A stretch of 64,000 nt of DNA, taken from positions 32,001 to 96,000 of the forward strand of contig JBFLZG010000105.1 of NCBI GenBank assembly GCA_040756235.1, read 5' to 3'. The notes under the pieces are model-generated. The model was not told where the DNA came from. It did not search any database and worked only from the letters and a program-made list of their open reading frames with translations. Positions 59,587-64,000 of the stretch are shown here, one piece after another (position 1 is the first letter of the stretch; each line of letters opens with the position of its first letter). The DNA is from a bacterium (GTDB taxonomy: Bacteria > Desulfobacterota > DSWW01). The translations under genes and the position numbers were made by a program.

Positions 59587-59697
59587 CGACGTCGCCTTCG
59601 TAGGAGCGACCGGCCGTGCTACGCGATGATCGACCTGCCGCCCTGGGTTCCCCTGCCGCCGGACGCAAAAGCCCCCCCGAAGAATATCCAAAAGACG

Positions 59698-59865
59698 CAG
59701 GCCGTTCAAAAAGGTCCAGATGCAAGGCGCGCGACGTTTGAGGCCTGTTCCGAGGAGCGCCAAGAGGAACCCCCGGATTACCTGACCGCCACGGTATCTG
59801 TTTCTGGGGGATTGCTTCGCTTCGCTCGCAACAGGCGCAGCAGATGGGCCTTTTTCAACGGCCTG
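59698..59865. mobile_element. 168-bp MITE-like element of a second family
   Basis: 21-bp TIRs CAGGCCGTTCAAAAAGGTCCA / TGGGCCTTTTTCAACGGCCTG (2 mismatches); no ORF; no clear duplication. Confidence 0.65.
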
Positions 59866-60469
59866 CCGCGGCGGCGCACTCCCTGCAGAGCCTCCGACCG
59901 CCGACCGCTTCGAGCCGGGTCTCCATCGTGGGCTCGGCGCAGCGGTCGCAGGGGACCGAGGCGTGAATCCGCGCCTGGGGCGGCGTCGGAATCGCGACCG
60001 GCCGCACCGTGAACAGCTCCTCTGCAGGCCTTTCCAGGATGGCGTGGCTGCGCTTTCGGTGAAGCTCGGCCAGCTCCTGCGCCTCCTCTGCGGTCAGCTC
60101 ACCCTTCTGCCGCTTGCGCACGAGCTCGGCATGCCGCTCGCTCCTCGGCGTGCGGTCCGGCTTCAAGGCGACCCGGACCGCTTTGCCGGACTTCCTGGCC
60201 ACAAAGGTAAAGACCTGCTTCCCGTGGTCCCGGAACAGCAGGTTCCCCTTGCCGAAGGTGCATCCGGTCAGGACCTGGACCGCATCGCAGCCGCAAGCGT
60301 CGTTCTCCACGATCGCGACGAGCTCCTCGTCGCGCGCGCGGTTCTCTTCCAGCCAGTCCAGCCCGGCGCGGGCGGCCCGGAACCCGATGCACAGCCCCGG
60401 GCACAGGTGGCCGTGGAACTCGAGACATCTCTTGAATGCCGCCGTTCCGACGATCTCTTCTCCGGTCAT
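59855..60469 (-). CDS. FmdE-family protein with C-terminal zinc finger
   Basis: FHGHLCPG, ENDACGCDAVQVLTGCTFGKGNL, CDRC..CREC. Confidence 0.9.
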   Translation of the reverse strand: MTGEEIVGTAAFKRCLEFHGHLCPGLCIGFRAARAGLDWLEENRARDEELVAIVENDACGCDAVQVLTGCTFGKGNLLFRDHGKQVFTFVARKSGKAVRVALKPDRTPRSERHAELVRKRQKGELTAEEAQELAELHRKRSHAILERPAEELFTVRPVAIPTPPQARIHASVPCDRCAEPTMETRLEAVGGRRLCRECAAAAGR

Positions 60470-60494
60470 GGTCTCTCGCTCCTCGGATTCATTC

Positions 60495-60553
60495 GTAGGG
60501 GCGACCGGCGGTCGCCCGGACAGCCCGCAGGGCAGGTTTGAACCTGCCCCTAC
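60495..60553. repeat. GTAG-type REP pair (REPIN-like)
   Basis: GTAGGGGCGACCGGCGGTCGCCC ... GGGCAGGTTTGAACCTGCCCCTAC. Confidence 0.78.
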
Positions 60554-60573
60554 AGTCCTGCGGAACATCGCTC

Positions 60574-60707
60574 TTTCCGTCATTCCGGCGCGAGCCGGAA
60601 TCCAGCCCCTGGACCCGTGATTGCCGGTGTACTTGGGTGCAAACTTCTGGATCCCGGTCATCACGCGCTCCGCACCTGGGCCGGGATGACGGATATGACA
60701 CAGCCTC
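60574..60707 (+). mobile_element. Partial MITE copy 4 (REP dyad plus right TIR only)
   Basis: TTTCCGTCATTCCGGC..GCCGGAATCCA..GGCCGGGATGACGG then ATGACACAGCCTC. Confidence 0.72.
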
Positions 60708-61278
60708 AGAGTCCGAGATCGGCGCTCACGGACTGCATCGCCCGCAGACAGATCTCGACGAACTCGCCGAGGGGGACGCCGATGAGCTCGCACTCGCGCA
60801 CGATATCCCGGTTGACGGAAGCGGCGAACGATTTCTCCTTCATCCGTTTGACCACCGAGGCGGGCTTGACGCTGGCCAGTTTCTTGTCCGGATAGACCAG
60901 GGCCGTTGCCGTGATGAGCCCGGTCACGGTCTCCCCTGCCGCCAGGGCGTGGTGGAACCTGGCCGAGCGCTTCTCGCCCGCGCTGTGCTCGTTGTGCAGG
61001 CGGATCGCCTCGACGATCTCCGGGTCCACGCCCCTCTCCTGGAGCATCCGTACGGTCTCGCGGCCGTGAACGGCCAGGTCCGCGTTCGTGAGCTCCACGT
61101 CCAGATCGTGGAGCAGGCCTGCCATGGCCCACTTCTCACGGTTTTCGCCGAGCCGCTCCGCGAGGGCGGCCATGACCGCCTCGGAAGCCAGGCAGTGCTT
61201 GATCATGTTCGGATTCTGTACGTAACGGCGCAGGAGCGCCAGGGCTTCCTCGCGGGAGATGCCTGCTGCTGCCATCAC
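60706..61278 (-). CDS. HD/HDIG-domain phosphohydrolase
   Basis: KHCLA, GLLHDLD, HG, HN, KEKSFAASVNR. Confidence 0.88.
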   Translation of the reverse strand: MMAAAGISREEALALLRRYVQNPNMIKHCLASEAVMAALAERLGENREKWAMAGLLHDLDVELTNADLAVHGRETVRMLQERGVDPEIVEAIRLHNEHSAGEKRSARFHHALAAGETVTGLITATALVYPDKKLASVKPASVVKRMKEKSFAASVNRDIVRECELIGVPLGEFVEICLRAMQSVSADLGL

Positions 61279-61440
61279 TCCTCCTCTCGCCTCTCCAACA
61301 TCTTGCTCTCTTGGATGCGCTGCATCCCGACCTTATACCGAAAAATGAGTGGAAAACGAAACGCCCTTCTTGTAGGCTCATTTCGACCGTGAGGGTCCGG
61401 AGCGAGGCGACGGGATGCGGAACACGCGGAGGAAAACGCC

Positions 61441-62802
61441 ATGAGGACCGATCGACCGTACTGGAACATGGAAGTCGAGCCCAAGCTGAACACCGCCGAA
61501 ATGCGCCAGATGCAGAACGACAAGATCGTCCGGAACCTGCCTTCCATCTACGACCGGATCCCTCTCGTCCGGAAGCGGATGGACGAGGCCGGTGTCAGGC
61601 CTGCGGACATCCGCTGCCTCGACGATCTGGAGAAGATCCCGGTCTATGGCCAGCCGCAGATGCGGGAGCTCCTGATGGAAGTCGGCTTCGACATGAAGAA
61701 GATCCTCGAGCTGCTCATGGGAGACATGGCCCACGACGTCTACGTGATGGCCGCGACCTCGGGCACGACCGGGGTGCCCACTCCTTACCCGGTCGTGCGC
61801 AGCGGCCTGCCGATGATGCGGGAGATGAACAACCGGATCCTGTGGCGCTGCGGGGTCCGGCCCGGGGACAAGATCGTCCTGGCCTTCGGGCTGAGCATGT
61901 TTCTGGCCGGATCGCCCACCCTGCTGGCTCTGGAGGATTTTCCCGGAATCACGATCATCCCGGTGGGCGCCGAGGCCGGGACGGAGCGCATCATCAACTT
62001 CACGCGCCTGTTCGGAGGCGACGTGCTCATGTGCACGCCTTCCCTGGCCTTGCACCTGATCGAGCGGGCGCCCGAGATCATGGGCGACGGTGTGAAGGCC
62101 CTGGGGATCCGCATCCTGCTCTGTGGCGCCGAGCCGGGCGCCGGGATCCCCGAGGTGCGCAGCCGGATCGAGAAAGAGTACGGAGCCAGGCTGTTCGACG
62201 CGGGCGCCGGGGCCGGGGTCTCCTGCGATCACCCTGAATACCAGGGCATGCACTGGATCGCGGACGACATGGTTTACTACGAGCTGGTCAACCCCGAAAC
62301 CGGCCGGAACGCGCCCCTCCAGGACGGCGCCACCGGGCTCGGCGTTTTCACCACCCTCGGCGCGGAGGGCAGCGGCATCATGGGACTCCGGATGACGCTC
62401 GGAGACGTTCACCAGGTCTTCACTTCGCCTTGCCCGTGCGGCAAGTCCGGGTTTCGATACCGGATCGTCGGAAGGACCGACGACATGCTCAAGGTCAAAG
62501 GGGTCATGGTCTATCCCGCCCAGATCAAGAGCGTGGTCGAGTCGTTCATCCCCAGGACCACGGGCGAGTTCCGCATCCTCCTGGACGAGCCGCCCCCGCG
62601 GGTGGTGCCGCCCCTCAAGGTCCGGATCGAGTACGGCGAAGGCGTCCGGGAAGGGGACCTGCCCGGGCTGGTGGCCGACGTGCAGGAGAAGATGCACCGC
62701 ATGGTGAAGATCCGGCCAGAGATCGAGTGGGTCCCTCCCCGAACGCTCCCCAGGTCCGACAAGAAGACCCAGTATATCGAGAAGCTTTACGACAAGAAGT
62801 GA
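61441..62802 (+). CDS. Phenylacetate-CoA ligase (PaaK)-family acyl-CoA ligase
   Basis: TSGTTGVP, CTPS, GAEPG, CPCG, GRTDDMLKVKGVMVYPAQI. Confidence 0.88.
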   Translation: MRTDRPYWNMEVEPKLNTAEMRQMQNDKIVRNLPSIYDRIPLVRKRMDEAGVRPADIRCLDDLEKIPVYGQPQMRELLMEVGFDMKKILELLMGDMAHDVYVMAATSGTTGVPTPYPVVRSGLPMMREMNNRILWRCGVRPGDKIVLAFGLSMFLAGSPTLLALEDFPGITIIPVGAEAGTERIINFTRLFGGDVLMCTPSLALHLIERAPEIMGDGVKALGIRILLCGAEPGAGIPEVRSRIEKEYGARLFDAGAGAGVSCDHPEYQGMHWIADDMVYYELVNPETGRNAPLQDGATGLGVFTTLGAEGSGIMGLRMTLGDVHQVFTSPCPCGKSGFRYRIVGRTDDMLKVKGVMVYPAQIKSVVESFIPRTTGEFRILLDEPPPRVVPPLKVRIEYGEGVREGDLPGLVADVQEKMHRMVKIRPEIEWVPPRTLPRSDKKTQYIEKLYDKK

Positions 62803-62898
62803 AATCGGACGCGGTGCACGGCGACCCCGGCAGCTCCCGGGCCCGGAGTACGACGAGAGGACGGCCCCGGGGGCGCCGAAGCGAACGCGAGGTGAGGC

Positions 62899-64000
62899 AT
62901 GCAGAGGCGGCTCTTTCATTTCCTCGAAAACAACTTCATGCGCTTTTTCCGTCTCCTGAGCCACGTCATCCCCAGCTCGTGGGTCGTCCCGCTGGGGAGA
63001 ACGGTCGGCCTCCTGCTGTGCACGCTTGCGGCCCCTCTGAAAAGGAGGGTCACGGCCCAGCTCCGGGAGACCTTCCCGGAGAAGTCGCCGCGTGAGATCC
63101 GTCGCCTCTTCCGGCAGGTGGCACGGAACGGGGGGGAGGTCATCTTCGAGCAACTCATGGTGAGCCGTAAGTTGATCCTGGACAACCACGAGAAGACCGA
63201 AGGCTTCGAGGATTTGGAGAGGATGTATCGGGAGCTGAGCTCCAGAGGCCGCGGTCTGCTCGTCGTGGCCAGCCACCTGAGCAACTGGGAGAAGCTGATG
63301 GGCATCGAGGCCCACCACCTGCTGCAGAAGAAGAATGTCCAAGTGAACGTGGTGATGAACCGCATGCCCACGTCCTACCTGGATGGCCTGGCGACCGTCC
63401 TGCGCCACAAAGTGCTCAAATGCAACTTCATCTACACGAAGCGCGCTCGATACTACATCGAGAAGATCCTGGCCGAGAAGGGCCTCGTGGCCTTCGCCAC
63501 GGACGTGGACTACCGCTATCGCGGGCTGTTCGTGCCCTTCATGGGCCGCAAGATCTCGATGGGGCGCGGCCCCGCCACCTACGCGCTCAAACACGGCGCT
63601 CCGCTCGTGTTCAACATGTTCTACCGCGACGAGAAAGGGACCCCCCACATCTTGCTCGAGGAAATCCGTCCGGTGCGGACAGGGGACATGGAGCGGGACG
63701 TATACAATCTGACCGCCGAGATTGCCTCCCGGATCGAGCGCTGGGTGCGGAAGTATCCGGACCAGTGGTTCGGCTGGCTCCAGCAGCCCTGGAAGACGCG
63801 CTCCCTGGAGGACCTGCAGGGGCAGCTCGAGACGGATCCGCGGAACGCTCGTCTCCTGGAGGAGATCGGGCTCTTCCACCTGGCAAAGGAAGAGCGAGAG
63901 AAAGCCAGGGAGTCTTTCCGGGAGGCCATCGTCGTGGACCCCGGGGCCTTTCGTGCCCATTCGGAGCTGGGCTGCATCCTCTCCCGGGACGGCGATTCCG
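62899..64000 (+). CDS. LpxL-like lysophospholipid/lipid A acyltransferase with C-terminal TPR (runs off the window end; absent from the ORF track)
   Basis: Manual translation from ATG 62899: ASHLSNWE, FVPFMG, GPA, ERWVRKYPDQW, then AREsFREAIVVDPGAFRAHSELG TPR-like segment. Confidence 0.8.
   Translation, partial: MQRRLFHFLENNFMRFFRLLSHVIPSSWVVPLGRTVGLLLCTLAAPLKRRVTAQLRETFPEKSPREIRRLFRQVARNGGEVIFEQLMVSRKLILDNHEKTEGFEDLERMYRELSSRGRGLLVVASHLSNWEKLMGIEAHHLLQKKNVQVNVVMNRMPTSYLDGLATVLRHKVLKCNFIYTKRARYYIEKILAEKGLVAFATDVDYRYRGLFVPFMGRKISMGRGPATYALKHGAPLVFNMFYRDEKGTPHILLEEIRPVRTGDMERDVYNLTAEIASRIERWVRKYPDQWFGWLQQPWKTRSLEDLQGQLETDPRNARLLEEIGLFHLAKEEREKARESFREAIVVDPGAFRAHSELGCILSRDGDS

Noticed and set aside
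61378..63960. 860-aa minus-strand ORF
   Set aside because: Antisense to the PaaK-like and acyltransferase genes, which carry recognisable motifs

Overview
GC-rich bacterial DNA; gene content (Tmc/Hmc-type redox subunits, Rrf2, FmdE, sigma54 promoters) suggests an anaerobic Desulfobacterota/deltaproteobacterium-like organism (inference). Left to right: (1) an rrf2-macrodomain-tmcC-like-tmcB-like::REC-kinase-REC-PAS redox/signalling operon; (2) a TetR-controlled efflux system whose RND pump is fused to its TolC channel; (3) a ~44 kb copper/heavy-metal accessory region (CopA, cusCBA with a NosL-like gene, czcCBA, a CSC-motif P1B ATPase, CDF, YHS proteins, His/Met/Cys-rich secreted proteins, a group 3b NiFe sulfhydrogenase operon), much of it under sigma54 promoters sharing a paired 16-bp upstream motif; (4) housekeeping-like genes (DUF72, FmdE, HD protein, PaaK-like ligase, LpxL-like::TPR). 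The best-supported signal is a three-level nest at 34161-36406. A REP dyad is split in its hairpin loop by a ~206-bp MITE with a 4-bp duplication, and the MITE is in turn interrupted by an IS1111-type IS110 element. The IS's downstream non-coding end carries readable bridge-RNA-like guides matching its own REP target and donor junction. No rRNA, tRNA or CRISPR array was seen. All calls come from motif reading by eye; no database search was run.
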